A stretch of DNA of 64,000 bases, taken from the human T2T-CHM13v2.0 reference genome, Homo sapiens. The stretch is taken from the NCBI RefSeq assembly GCF_009914755.1, contig NC_060939.1; one strand, 5' to 3'. The notes under the pieces are model-generated. The model was not told where the DNA came from, made no database searches, and worked only from the letters and a program-made list of their open reading frames with translations. Shown here piece by piece: positions 43,401-57,820 of this stretch (within the stretch, counting starts at the first letter, position 1; every line of letters begins with the position of its first letter). The translations under genes were made by a program, and so were the position numbers.

Positions 43401-46400
43401 GTCTATTCTATTCCGTTCCATTCGATTTCGTTCCAATCCATTCGATTCCATTCCATTCGATTCCATTCCATACTATTGCATTTCATTCGATTACATTATA
43501 TTCGAATAAGTTCCATTCAAGACCATTTCTTTTGAGTCCATTCTATTTGAGTCCATTCCCTTTGATTCCATAACATTTGAGTCCATTCAATTCCATTCCT
43601 TTCGTTTCCATTCCATTTGATGCCATTCCATTCAATTCTGTTCTACTCGACTCCAATACATTCAATTCCATTCCATCCGATTCCATTACATTCTTTTCAT
43701 TTCTTATCCATTTCAAGCCATTCCACTCCATTCCATTCCACTCGTTTCCTTTCCATTCGAGTCCATTCCTCTCCAGTCCATTCCGTTCAATCCATTCCAT
43801 TCCAGTCCATTCCATTCGAGTCCGTTCCATTCCAGTCCATTCCATTCGAGTCAATTCCATCCCATTCGATGTCTTTCCATAACGATCCATTCCATTCTAT
43901 TCCTTTCAATTCCATTCCATTCTATTGCATTCCATTCGATTCCCTTCCATTGGACTCCTTTCCATTCGAGTGCATTCCATTCCGTTCCATTTCTTTCCGT
44001 TCTGTACGATTCCTACCGTTCGATTTCATTTTGTTCCAGTCCATTCCTTTCGCGTCCATTCCATTCCATTTCACTCCATTCGATTCCATTCCACTCGATT
44101 CCACTTCGTTCCATTTCATTGCATTCCATTCTATTCAACTCTATTGCCTTCCATTCCATTCCATTCGATTACATTCCATGCGATTCCATTCGAAATCGAA
44201 TCAATTACATTGCAATCCATTACTATTGAGTCCGTTTTATTCCAGTCCACTGCATTCTGGTCCATTCCATTTGATTCCATTCCATTCTATTCCATTCCAT
44301 ACAGTTGCATTCCATTGGATTCCATGCTATATCTATAAATTCAATTCGAGACCATTGCTTTTGAGTCCATTCTATATGATTCCATTCCATTCAAGTCCAT
44401 TACATTTGGTTCAATTCCATTCCATTCCATTCCCTTCCATTCCATTCCATTTGATATCAATCCATTCGATTCCATTCCATTCGAGCACATTCCATTCGAG
44501 TCCATTCCATTCGATGCCATTCCATTTGATTCTATTCCATTAGTCTCCATTCAATTCCATTAATCTCCATTCCATTCCATTTTACTCCAACTGATTCCAT
44601 TCCATTCTATTCCTTTCCATTCCATTTCATTCCATTCCATTCCATTCCATTCCATTCGTGTCCATTCCACTCCAGTCTATTCCATTCGTGTCCATTCCAT
44701 TCCAGTCCATTCCATTTGTGTCCACTGCATTCCATTCCACTCCATTCCATATTATTCCAATACACTCCATTCCATTCTATCACTTTCATTTCCATTCAAT
44801 TCCATTCCATTTGATTCCATTCCACTCGGTTTCATTCCATTTGAGTCCACTCCATTCCATTCCATTCCATTCCATTCAGTTCCATTCCATTCTGTTCCAT
44901 TCCATTCCGTTCCATTACATTCCATTCCATTCGGTACCATTCCATATTGTTCCATTCGATTCCATTAGAATCCATTCCATTCCAGTCCATTCCATTCGAT
45001 TCCATTCCATTCATTTCAATTCCATTCCATTCCATTCCATTACATTCCACTTGATTCCTCTCCATTCCCTTCCACTGCATTCCGTTCGATTCCATTCCAT
45101 TGCATTGCATTCCATTCCATTGGATTGCATTCCATTCGATTCCATTCCATTCGAATCAATTACATAGCAATCCATTACATTCGAGTCTATTCTATTCCGT
45201 TCCATTCGATTTCGTTCCAATCCATTCGATTCCATTCCATTCGATTCCATTCCATACTATTGCATTTCATTCGATTACATTATATTCGAATAAGTTCCAT
45301 TCAAGACCATTTCTTTTGAGTCCATTCTATTTGAGTCCATTCCCTTTGATTCCATAACATTTGAGTCCATTCAATTCCATTCCTTTCGTTTCCATTCCAT
45401 TTGATGCCATTCCATTCAATTCTGTTCTACTCGACTCCAATACATTCAATTCCATTCCATCCGATTCCATTACATTCTTTTCATTTCTTATCCATTTCAA
45501 GCCATTCCACTCCATTCCATTCCACTCGTTTCCTTTCCATTCGAGTCCATTCCTCTCCAGTCCATTCCGTTCAATCCATTCCATTCCAGTCCATTCCATT
45601 CGAGTCCGTTCCATTCCAGTCCATTCCATTCGAGTCAATTCCATCCCATTCGATGTCTTTCCATAACGATCCATTCCATTCTATTCCTTTCAATTCCATT
45701 CCATTCTATTTCATTCCATTCGATTCCCTTCCATTGGACTCCTTTCCATTCGAGTGCATTCCATTCCGTTCCATTTCTTTCCGTTCTGTACGATTCCTAC
45801 CGTTCGATTTCATTTTGTTCCAGTCCATTCCTTTCGCGTCCATTCCATTCCATTTCACTCCATTCGATTCCATTCCACTCGATTCCACTTCGTTCCATTT
45901 CATTGCATTCCATTCTATTCAACTCTATTGCCTTCCATTCCATTCCATTCGATTACATTCCATGCGATTCCATTCGAAATCGAATCAATTACATTGCAAT
46001 CCATTACAATTGAGTCCGTTTTATTCCAGTCCACTGCATTCTGGTCCATTCCATTTGATTCCATTCCATTCTATTCCATTCCATACAGTTGCATTCCATT
46101 GGATTCCATGCTATATCTATAAATTCAATTCGAGACCATTGCTTTTGAGTCCATTCTATATGATTCCATTCCATTCAAGTCCATTACATTTGGTTCAATT
46201 CCATTCCATTCCATTCCCTTCCATTCCATTCCATTTGATATCAATCCATTCGATTCCATTCCATTCGAGCACATTCCATTCGAGTCCATTCCATTCGATG
46301 CCATTCCATTTGATTCTATTCCATTAGTCTCCATTCAATTCCATTAATCTCCATTCTATTCCATTTTACTCCAACTGATTCCATTCCATTCTATTCCTTT

Positions 46401-49400
46401 CCATTCCATTTCATTCCATTCCATTCCATTCCATTCCATTCCATTCGTGTCCATTCCACTCCAGTCCATTCCATTCGTGTCCATTCCATTCCAGTCCATT
46501 CCATTTGTGTCCACTGCATTCCATTCCACTCCATTCCATATTATTCCAATACACTCCATTCCATTCTATCACTTTCATTTCCATTCAATTCCATTCCATT
46601 TGATTCCATTCCACTCGGTTTCATTCCATTTGAGTCCACTCCATTCCATTCCATTCCATTCCATTCAGTTCCATTCCATTCTGTTCCATTCCATTCCGTT
46701 CCATTACATTCCGTTCCATTCGGTACCATTCCATATTGTTCCATTCGATTCCATTCGAATCCATTCCATTCCAGTCCATTCCATTCGATTCCATTCCATT
46801 CATTTCAATTCCATTCCATTCCATTCCATTACATTCCACTTGATTCCTCTCCATTCCCTTCCACTGCATTCCGTTCGATTCCATTCCATTGCATTGCATT
46901 CCATTCCATTGGATTGCATTCCATTCGATTCCATTCCATTCGAATCAATTACATAGCAATCCATTACATTCGAGTCTATTCTATTCCGTTCCATTCGATT
47001 TCGTTCCAATCCATTCGATTCCATTCCATTCGATTCCATTCCATACTATTGCATTTCATTCGATTACATTATATTCGAATAAGTTCCATTCAAGACCATT
47101 TCTTTTGAGTCCATTCTATTTGAGTCCATTCCCTTTGATTCCATAACATTTGAGTCCATTCAATTCCATTCCTTTCGTTTCCATTCCATTTGATGCCATT
47201 CCATTCAATTCTGTTCTACTCGACTCCAATACATTCAATTCCATTCCATCCGATTCCATTACATTCTTTTCATTTCTTATCCATTTCAAGCCATTCCACT
47301 CCATTCCATTCCACTCGTTTCCTTTCCATTCGAGTCCATTCCTCTCCAGTCCATTCCGTTCAATCCATTCCATTCCAGTCCATTCCATTCGAGTCCGTTC
47401 CATTCCAGTCCATTCCATTCGAGTCAATTCCATCCCATTCGATGTCTTTCCATAACGATCCATTCCATTCTATTCCTTTCAATTCCATTCCATTCTATTG
47501 CATTCCATTCGATTCCCTTCCATTGGACTCCTTTCCATTCGAGTGCATTCCATTCCGTTCCATTTCTTTCCGTTCTGTACGATTCCTACCGTTCGATTTC
47601 ATTTTGTTCCAGTCCATTCCTTTCGCGTCCATTCCATTCCATTTCACTCCATTCGATTCCATTCCACTCGATTCCACTTCGTTCCATTTCATTGCATTCC
47701 ATTCTATTCAACTCTATTGCCTTCCATTCCATTCCATTCGATTACATTCCATGCGATTCCATTCGAAATCGAATCAATTACATTGCAATCCATTACTATT
47801 GAGTCCGTTTTATTCCAGTCCACTGCATTCTGGTCCATTCCATTTGATTCCATTCCATTCTATTCCATTCCATACAGTTGCATTCCATTGGATTCCATGC
47901 TATATCTATAAATTCAATTCGAGACCATTGCTTTTGAGTCCATTCTATATGATTCCATTCCATTCAAGTCCATTACATTTGGTTCAATTCCATTCCATTC
48001 CATTCCCTTCCATTCCATTCCATTTGATATCAATCCATTCGATTCCATTCCATTCGAGCACATTCCATTCGAGTCCATTCCATTCGATGCCATTCCATTT
48101 GATTCTATTCCATTAGTCTCCATTCAATTCCATTAATCTCCATTCCATTCCATTTTACTCCAACTGATTCCATTCCATTCTATTCCTTTCCATTCCATTT
48201 CATTCCATTCCATTCCATTCCATTCCATTCGTGTCCATTCCACTCCAGTCTATTCCATTCGTGTCCATTCCATTCCAGTCCATTCCATTTGTGTCCACTG
48301 CATTCCATTCCACTCCATTCCATATTATTCCAATACACTCCATTCCATTCTATCACTTTCATTTCCATTCAATTCCATTCCATTTGATTCCATTCCACTC
48401 GGTTTCATTCCATTTGAGTCCACTCCATTCCATTCCATTCCATTCCATTCAGTTCCATTCCATTCTGTTCCATTCCATTCCGTTCCATTACATTCCATTC
48501 CATTCGGTACCATTCCATATTGTTCCATTCGATTCCATTAGAATCCATTCCATTCCAGTCCATTCCATTCGATTCCATTCCATTCATTTCAATTCCATTC
48601 CATTCCATTCCATTACATTCCACTTGATTCCTCTCCATTCCCTTCCACTGCATTCCGTTCGATTCCATTCCATTGCATTGCATTCCATTCCATTGGATTG
48701 CATTCCATTCGATTCCATTCCATTCGAATCAATTACATAGCAATCCATTACATTCGAGTCTATTCTATTCCGTTCCATTCGATTTCGTTCCAATCCATTC
48801 GATTCCATTCCATTCGATTCCATTCCATACTATTGCATTTCATTCGATTACATTATATTCGAATAAGTTCCATTCAAGACCATTTCTTTTGAGTCCATTC
48901 TATTTGAGTCCATTCCCTTTGATTCCATAACATTTGAGTCCATTCAATTCCATTCCTTTCGTTTCCATTCCATTTGATGCCATTCCATTCAATTCTGTTC
49001 TACTCGACTCCAATACATTCAATTCCATTCCATCCGATTCCATTACATTCTTTTCATTTCTTATCCATTTCAAGCCATTCCACTCCATTCCATTCCACTC
49101 GTTTCCTTTCCATTCGAGTCCATTCCTCTCCAGTCCATTCCGTTCAATCCATTCCATTCCAGTCCATTCCATTCGAGTCCGTTCCATTCCAGTCCATTCC
49201 ATTCGAGTCAATTCCATCCCATTCGATGTCTTTCCATAACGATCCATTCCATTCTATTCCTTTCAATTCCATTCCATTCTATTTCATTCCATTCGATTCC
49301 CTTCCATTGGACTCCTTTCCATTCGAGTGCATTCCATTCCGTTCCATTTCTTTCCGTTCTGTACGATTCCTACCGTTCGATTTCATTTTGTTCCAGTCCA

Positions 49401-52400
49401 TTCCTTTCGCGTCCATTCCATTCCATTTCACTCCATTCGATTCCATTCCACTCGATTCCACTTCGTTCCATTTCATTGCATTCCATTCTATTCAACTCTA
49501 TTGCCTTCCATTCCATTCCATTCGATTACATTCCATGCGATTCCATTCGAAATCGAATCAATTACATTGCAATCCATTACTATTGAGTCCGTTTTATTCC
49601 AGTCCACTGCATTCTGGTCCATTCCATTTGATTCCATTCCATTCTATTCCATTCCATACAGTTGCATTCCATTGGATTCCATGCTATATCTATAAATTCA
49701 ATTCGAGACCATTGCTTTTGAGTCCATTCTATATGATTCCATTCCATTCAAGTCCATTACATTTGGTTCCATTCCATTCCATTCCATTCCCTTCCATTCC
49801 ATTCCATTTGATATCAATCCATTCGATTCCATTCCATTCGAGCACATTCCATTCGAGTCCATTCCATTCGATGCCATTCCATTTGATTCTATTCCATTAG
49901 TCTCCATTCAATTCCATTAATCTCCATTCCATTCCATTTTACTCCAACTGATTCCATTCCATTCTATTCCTTTCCATTCCATTTCATTCCATTCCATTCC
50001 ATTCCATTCCATTCCATTCGTGTCCATTCCATTTCAGTCCATTCCATTCGTGTCCATTCCATTCCAGTCCATTCCATTTGTGTCCACTGCATTCCATTCC
50101 ACTCCATTCCATATTATTCCAATACACTCCATTCTATTCTATCACTTTCATTTCCATTCAATTCCATTCCATTTGATTCCATTCCACTCGGTTTCATTCC
50201 ATTTGAGTCCACTCCATTCCATTCCATTCCATTCCATTCAGTTCCATTCCATTCTGTTCCATTCCATTCCGTTCCATTACATTCCATTCCATTCGGTACC
50301 ATTCCATATTGTTCCATTCGATTCCATTAGAATCCATTCCATTCCAGTCCATTCCATTCGATTCCATTCCATTCATTTCAATTCCATTCCATTCCATTCC
50401 ATTACATTCCACTTGATTCCTCTCCATTCCCTTCCACTGCATTCCGTTCGATTCCATTCCATTGCATTGCATTCCATTCCATTGGATTGCATTCCATTCG
50501 ATTCCATTCCATTCGAATCAATTACATAGCAATCCATTACATTCGAGTCTATTCTATTCCGTTCCATTCGATTTCGTTCCAATCCATTCGATTCCATTCC
50601 ATTCGATTCCATTCCATACTATTGCATTTCATTCGATTACATTATATTCGAATAAGTTCCATTCAAGACCATTTCTTTTGAGTCCATTCTATTTGAGTCC
50701 ATTCCCTTTGATTCCATAACATTTGAGTCCATTCAATTCCATTCCTTTCGTTTCCATTCCATTTGATGCCATTCCATTCAATTCTGTTCTACTCGACTCC
50801 AATACATTCAATTCCATTCCATCCGATTCCATTACATTCTTTTCATTTCTTATCCATTTCAAGCCATTCCACTCCATTCCATTCCACTCGTTTCCTTTCC
50901 ATTCGAGTCCATTCCTCTCCAGTCCATTCCGTTCAATCCATTCCATTCCAGTCCATTCCATTCGAGTCCGTTCCATTCCAGTCCATTCCATTCGAGTCAA
51001 TTCCATCCCATTCGATGTCTTTCCATAACGATCCATTCCATTCTATTCCTTTCAATTCCATTCCATTCTATTTCATTCCATTCGATTCCCTTCCATTGGA
51101 CTCCTTTCCATTCGAGTGCATTCCATTCCGTTCCATTTCTTTCCGTTCTGTACGATTCCTACCGTTCGATTTCATTTTGTTCCAGTCCATTCCTTTCGCG
51201 TCCATTCCATTCCATTTCACTCCATTCGATTCCATTCCACTCGATTCCACTTCGTTCCATTTCATTGCATTCCATTCTATTCAACTCTATTGCCTTCCAT
51301 TCCATTCCATTCGATTACATTCCATGCGATTCCATTCGAAATCGAATCAATTACATTGCAATCCATTACTATTGAGTCCGTTTTATTCCAGTCCACTGCA
51401 TTCTGGTCCATTCCATTTGATTCCATTCCATTCTATTCCATTCCATACAGTTGCATTCCATTGGATTCCATGCTATATCTATAAATTCAATTCGAGACCA
51501 TTGCTTTTGAGTCCATTCTATATGATTCCATTCCATTCAAGTCCATTACATTTGGTTCCATTCCATTCCATTCCATTCCCTTCCATTCCATTCCATTTGA
51601 TATCAATCCATTCGATTCCATTCCATTCGAGCACATTCCATTCGAGTCCATTCCATTCGATGCCATTCCATTTGATTCTATTCCATTAGTCTCCATTCAA
51701 TTCCATTAATCTCCATTCCATTCCATTTTACTCCAACTGATTCCATTCCATTCTATTCCTTTCCATTCCATTTCATTCCATTCCATTCCATTCCATTCCA
51801 TTCCATTCGTGTCCATTCCATTCCAGTCCATTCCATTCGTGTCCATTCCATTCCAGTCCATTCCATTTGTGTCCACTGCATTCCATTCCACTCCATTCCA
51901 TATTATTCCAATACACTCCATTCCATTCTATCACTTTCATTTCCATTCAATTCCATTCCATTTGATTCCATTCCACTCGGTTTCATTCCATTTGAGTCCA
52001 CTCCATTCCATTCCATTCCATTCCATTCAGTTCCATTCCATTCTGTTCCATTCCATTCTGTTCCATTACATTCCATTCCATTCGGTACCATTCCATATTG
52101 TTCCATTCGATTCCATTCGAATCCATTCCATTCCAGTCCATTCCATTCGATTCCATTCCATTCATTTCAATTCCATTCCATTCCATTCCATTACATTCCA
52201 CTTGATTCCTCTCCATTCCCTTCCACTGCATTCCGTTCGATTCCATTCCATTGCATTGCATTCCATTCCATTGGATTGCATTCCATTCGATTCCATTCCA
52301 TTCGAATCAATTACATAGCAATCCATTACATTCGAGTCTATTCTATTCCGTTCCATTCGATTTCGTTCCAATCCATTCGATTCCATTCCATTCGATTCCA

Positions 52401-55400
52401 TTCCATACTATTGCATTCCATTCGATTACATTATATTCGAATAAGTTCCATTCAAGACCATTTCTTTTGAGTCCATTCTATTTGAGTCCATTCCCTTTGA
52501 TTCCATAACATTTGAGTCCATTCAACTCCATTCCTTTCGTTTCCATTCCATTTGATGCCATTCCATTCAATTCTGTTCTACTCGACTCCAATACATTCAA
52601 TTCCATTCCATCCGATTCCATTACATTCTTTTCATTTCTTATCCATTTCAAGCCATTCCACTCCATTCCATTCCACTCGTTTCCTTTCCATTCGAGTCCA
52701 TTCCTCTCCAGTCCATTCCGTTCAATCCATTCCATTCCAGTCCATTCCATTCGAGTCCGTTCCATTCCAGTCCATTCCATTCGAGTCAATTCCATCCCAT
52801 TCGATGTCTTTCCATAACGATCCATTCCATTCTATTCCTTTCGATTCCATTCCATTCTGTTTCATTCCATTCGATTCCCTTCCATTGGACTCCTTTCCAT
52901 TCGAGTGCATTCCATTCCGTTCCATTTCTTTCCGTTCTGTACGATTCCTACCGTTCGATTTCATTTTGTTCCAGTCCATTCCTTTCGCGTCCATTCCATT
53001 CCATTTCACTCCATTCGATTCCATTCCACTCGATTCCACTTCGTTCCATTTCATTGCATTCCATTCTATTCAACTCTATTGCCTTCCATTCCATTCCATT
53101 CGATTACATTCCATGCGATTCCATTCGAAATCGAATCAATTACATTGCAATCCATTACAATTGAGTCCGTTTTATTCCAGTCCACTGCATTCTGGTCCAT
53201 TCCATTTGATTCCATTCCATTCTATTCCATTCCATACAGTTGCATTCCTTTGGATTCCATGCTATATATATAAATTCAATTCGAGACCATTGCTTTTGAG
53301 TCCATTCTATATGATTCCATTCCATTCAAGTCCATTACATTTGGTTCAATTCCATTCCATTCCATTCCCTTCCATTCCATTCCAGTTGATATCAATCCAT
53401 TCGATTCCATTCCATTCGAGCACATTCCATTCGAGTCCATTCCATTCGATGCCATTCCATTTGATTCTATTCCATTAGTCTCCATTCAATTCCATTAATC
53501 TCCATTCCATTCCATTCTACTCCAACTGATTCCATTCCATTCTATTCCTTTCCATTCCATTTCATTCCATTCCATTCCATTTCATTCCATTCCATTCCAT
53601 TCGCTTCCATTCCATTCGTGTCCATTCCACTCCAGTCCATTCCATTCGTGTCCATTCCATTCCAGTCCATTCCATTTGTGTCCACTGCATTCCATTCCAC
53701 TCCATTCCATATTATTCCATTACACTCCCTTCCATTCTATTACTTTCATTTCCATTCAATTCCATTCCATTTGATTCCATTCCACTCGGTTTCATTCCAT
53801 TTGAGTCCACTCCATTCCATTCCATTCCATTCCATTCAGTTCCATTCCATTCTGTTCCATTCCATTCCGTTCCATTACATTCCATTCCATTCGGTACCAT
53901 TCCATATTGTTCCATTCGATTCCATTCGAATCCATTCCATTCCAGTCCATTCCATTCGATTCCATTCCATTCATTTCAATTCCATTCCATTCCATTCCAT
54001 TACATTCCACTTGATTCCTCTCCATTCCCTTCCACTGCATTCCGTTCGATTCCATTCCATTGCATTGCATTCCATTCCATTGGATTGCATTCCATTCGAT
54101 TCCATTCCATTCGAATCAATTACATAGCAATCCATTACATTCGAGTCTATTCTATTCCGTTCCATTCGATTTCGTTCCAATCCATTCGATTCCATTCCAT
54201 TCGATTCCATTCCATACTATTGCATTTCATTCGATTACATTATATTCGAATAAGTTCCATTCAAGACCATTTCTTTTGAGTCCATTCTATTTGAGTCCAT
54301 TCCCTTTGATTCCATAACATTTGAGTCCATTCAATTCCATTCCTTTCGTTTCCATTCCATTTGATGCCATTCCATTCAATTCTGTTCTACTCGACTCCAA
54401 TACATTCAATTCCATTCCATCCGATTCCATTACATTCTTTTCATTTCTTATCCATTTCAAGCCATTCCACTCCATTCCATTCCACTCGTTTCCTTTCCAT
54501 TCGAGTCCATTCCTCTCCAGTCCATTCCGTTCAATCCATTCCATTCCAGTCCATTCCATTCGAGTCCGTTCCATTCCAGTCCATTCCATTCGAGTCAATT
54601 CCATCCCATTCGATGTCTTTCCATAACGATCCATTCCATTCTATTCCTTTCAATTCCATTCCATTCTATTGCATTCCATTCGATTCCCTTCCATTGGACT
54701 CCTTTCCATTCGAGTGCATTCCATTCCGTTCCATTTCTTTCCGTTCTGTACGATTCCTACCGTTCGATTTCATTTTGTTCCAGTCCATTCCTTTCGCGTC
54801 CATTCCATTCCATTTCACTCCATTCGATTCCATTCCACTCGATTCCACTTCGTTCCATTTCATTGCATTCCATTCTATTCAACTCTATTGCCTTCCATTC
54901 CATTCCATTCGATTACATTCCATGCGATTCCATTCGAAATCGAATCAATTACATTGCAATCCATTACTATTGAGTCCGTTTTATTCCAGTCCACTGCATT
55001 CTGGTCCATTCCATTTGATTCCATTCCATTCTATTCCATTCCATACAGTTGCATTCCATTGGATTCCATGCTATATCTATAAATTCAATTCGAGACCATT
55101 GCTTTTGAGTCCATTCTATATGATTCCATTCCATTCAAGTCCATTACATTTGGTTCAATTCCATTCCATTCCATTCCCTTCCATTCCATTCCATTTGATA
55201 TCAATCCATTCGATTCCATTCCATTCGAGCACATTCCATTCGAGTCCATTCCATTCGATGCCATTCTATTTGATTCTATTCCATTAGTCTCCATTCAATT
55301 CCATTAATCTCCATTCCATTCCATTCTACTCCAACTGATTCCATTCCATTCTATTCCTTTCCATTCCATTTCATTCCATTCCATTCCATTTCATTCCATT

Positions 55401-57820
55401 CCATTCCATTCGCTTCCATTCCATTAGTGTCCATTCCACTCCAGTCCATTCCATTCGTGTCCATTCCATTCCAGTCCATTCCATTTGTGTCCACTGCATT
55501 CCATTCCACTCCATTCCATATTATTCCATTACACTCCATTCCATTCTATTACTTTCATTTCCATTCAATTCCATTCCATTTGATTCCATTACACTCGGTT
55601 TCATTCCATTTGAGTCTACTCCATTCCATTCCATTCCATTCAGTTCCATTCCATTCTGTTCCATTCCATTCCGTTCCATTACATTCCATTCCATTCGGTA
55701 CCATTCCATATTGTTCCATTCGATTCCATTCGAATCCATTCCATTCCAGTCCATTCCATTCGATACCATTCCATTCATTTCAATTCCATTCCATTCCATT
55801 CCATTACATTCCACTTGATTCCTCTCCATTCCCTTCCACTGCATTCCGTTCGATTCCATTCCATTGCATTGCATTCCATTCCATTGGATTGCATTCCATT
55901 CGATTCCATTCCATTCGAATCAATTACATAGCAATCTATTACATTCGAGTCTATTCTATTCCGTTCCATTGGATTTCGTTCCAATCCATTCGATTCCATT
56001 CCATTCGATTCCATTCCATACTATTGCATTCCATTCGATTACATTATATTCGAATAAGTTCCATTCAAGACCATTTCTTTTGAGTCCATTCTATTTGAGT
56101 CCATTCCCTTTGATTCCATAACATTTGAGTCCATTCAATTCCATTCCTTTCGTTTCCATTCCATTTGATGCCATTCCATTCAATTCTGTTCTACTCGACT
56201 CCAATACATTCAATTCCATTCCATCCGATTCCATAACATTCTTTTCATTTCTTATCCATTTCAAGCCATTCCACTCCATTCCATTCCACTCGTTTCCTTT
56301 CCATTCGAGTCCATTCCTCTCCAGTCCATTCCGTTCAATCCATTCCATTCCAGTCCATTCCATTCGAGTCCGTTCCATTCCAGTCCATTCCATTCGAGTC
56401 AATTCCATCCCATTCGATGTCTTTCCATAACGATCCATTCCATTCTATTCCTTTCGATTCCATTCCATTCTATTTCATTCCATTCGATTCCCTTCCATTG
56501 GACTCCTTTCCATTCGAGTGCATTCCATTCCGTTCCATTTCTTTCCGTTCTGTACGATTCCTACCGTTCGATTTCATTTTGTTCCAGTCCATTCCTTTCG
56601 CGTCCATTCCATTCCATTTCACTCCATTCGATTCCATTCCACTCGATTCCACTTCGTTCCATTTCATTGCATTCCATTCTATTCAACTCTATTGCCTTCC
56701 ATTCCATTCCATTCGATTACATTCCATGCGATTCCATTCGAAATCGAATCAATTACATTGCAATCCATAACTATTGAGTCCGTTTTATTCCAGTCCACTG
56801 CATTCTGGTCCATTCCATTTGATTCCATTCCATTCTATTCCATTCCATACAGTTGCATTCCATTGGATTCCATTCTATATCTATAAATTCAATTCGAGAC
56901 CATTGCTTTTGAGTCCATTCTATATGATTCCATTCCATTCAAGTCCATTACATTTGGTTCAATTCCATTCCATTCCATTCCCTTCCATTCCATTCCAGGT
57001 GATATCAATCCATTCGATTCCATTCCATTCGAGCACATTCCATTCGAGTCCATTCAATTCGATGCCATTCCATTTGGTTCTATTCCATTAGTCTCCATTC
57101 AATTCCATTAATCTCCATTCCATTCCATTCTACTCCAACTGATTCCATTCCATTCTATTCCTTTCCATTCCATTTCATTCCATTCCATTCCATTTCATTC
57201 CATTCCATTCCATTCCATTCGCTTCCATTCCATTCGTGTCCATTCCATTCCAGTCCATTCCATTTGTGTCCACTGCATTCCATTCCACTCCATTCCATAT
57301 TATTCCATTACACTCCATTCCATTCTATTACTTTCATTTCCATTCAATTCCATTCCATTTGATTCCATTCCACTCGGTTTCATTCCATTTGAGTCCAATC
57401 CATTCCATTCCATTCCATTCAGTTCCATTCCATTCTGTTCCATTCCATTCCGTTCCATTGCATTCCATTCCATTCGGTACCATTCCATATTGTTCCATTC
57501 GATTCCATTCGAATCCATTCCATTCCAGTCCATTCCATTCGATTCCATTCCATTCCTTTCAATTCCATTCCATTCCATTCCATTCCACTTGATTCCACTC
57601 CATTCTCTTCCACTGCATTCCATTCGATTCCATTCCATTGCATTGCATTCCATTCCATTGGACTGCATTCCATTCGATTCCATTCCATTCGAATCAATTA
57701 CATAGCAATCCATTACATTCGAGTCTATTCTATTCCGTTCCATTCGATTTCGTTCCAATCCATTCGATTCCATTCCATTCGATTCCATTCCATACTATTG
57801 CATTCCATTCTATTACATTA
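18500..57820 (+). repeat. Large tandem block duplication: 10-unit 17,864 bp copy followed by a 12-unit 21,462 bp copy
   Basis: Variant ORFs recur at +17864 (18613/36477, 19664/37528, 21482/39346), +17874 (26784/44658), +21447 (28573/50020, 30362/51809) and +21462 (32156/53618, 33965/55427, 35774/57236). Confidence 0.9.
41450..48600 (+). repeat. 2-unit tandem duplication, 3,573 bp period, nested in the second large block
   Basis: Offsets of 3573 (41788/45361, 43577/47150, 44658/48231) with alternating markers TTACAATTG, TCTATTGCATT, CCAGTCTATT and CATTAGAATCC. Confidence 0.88.
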
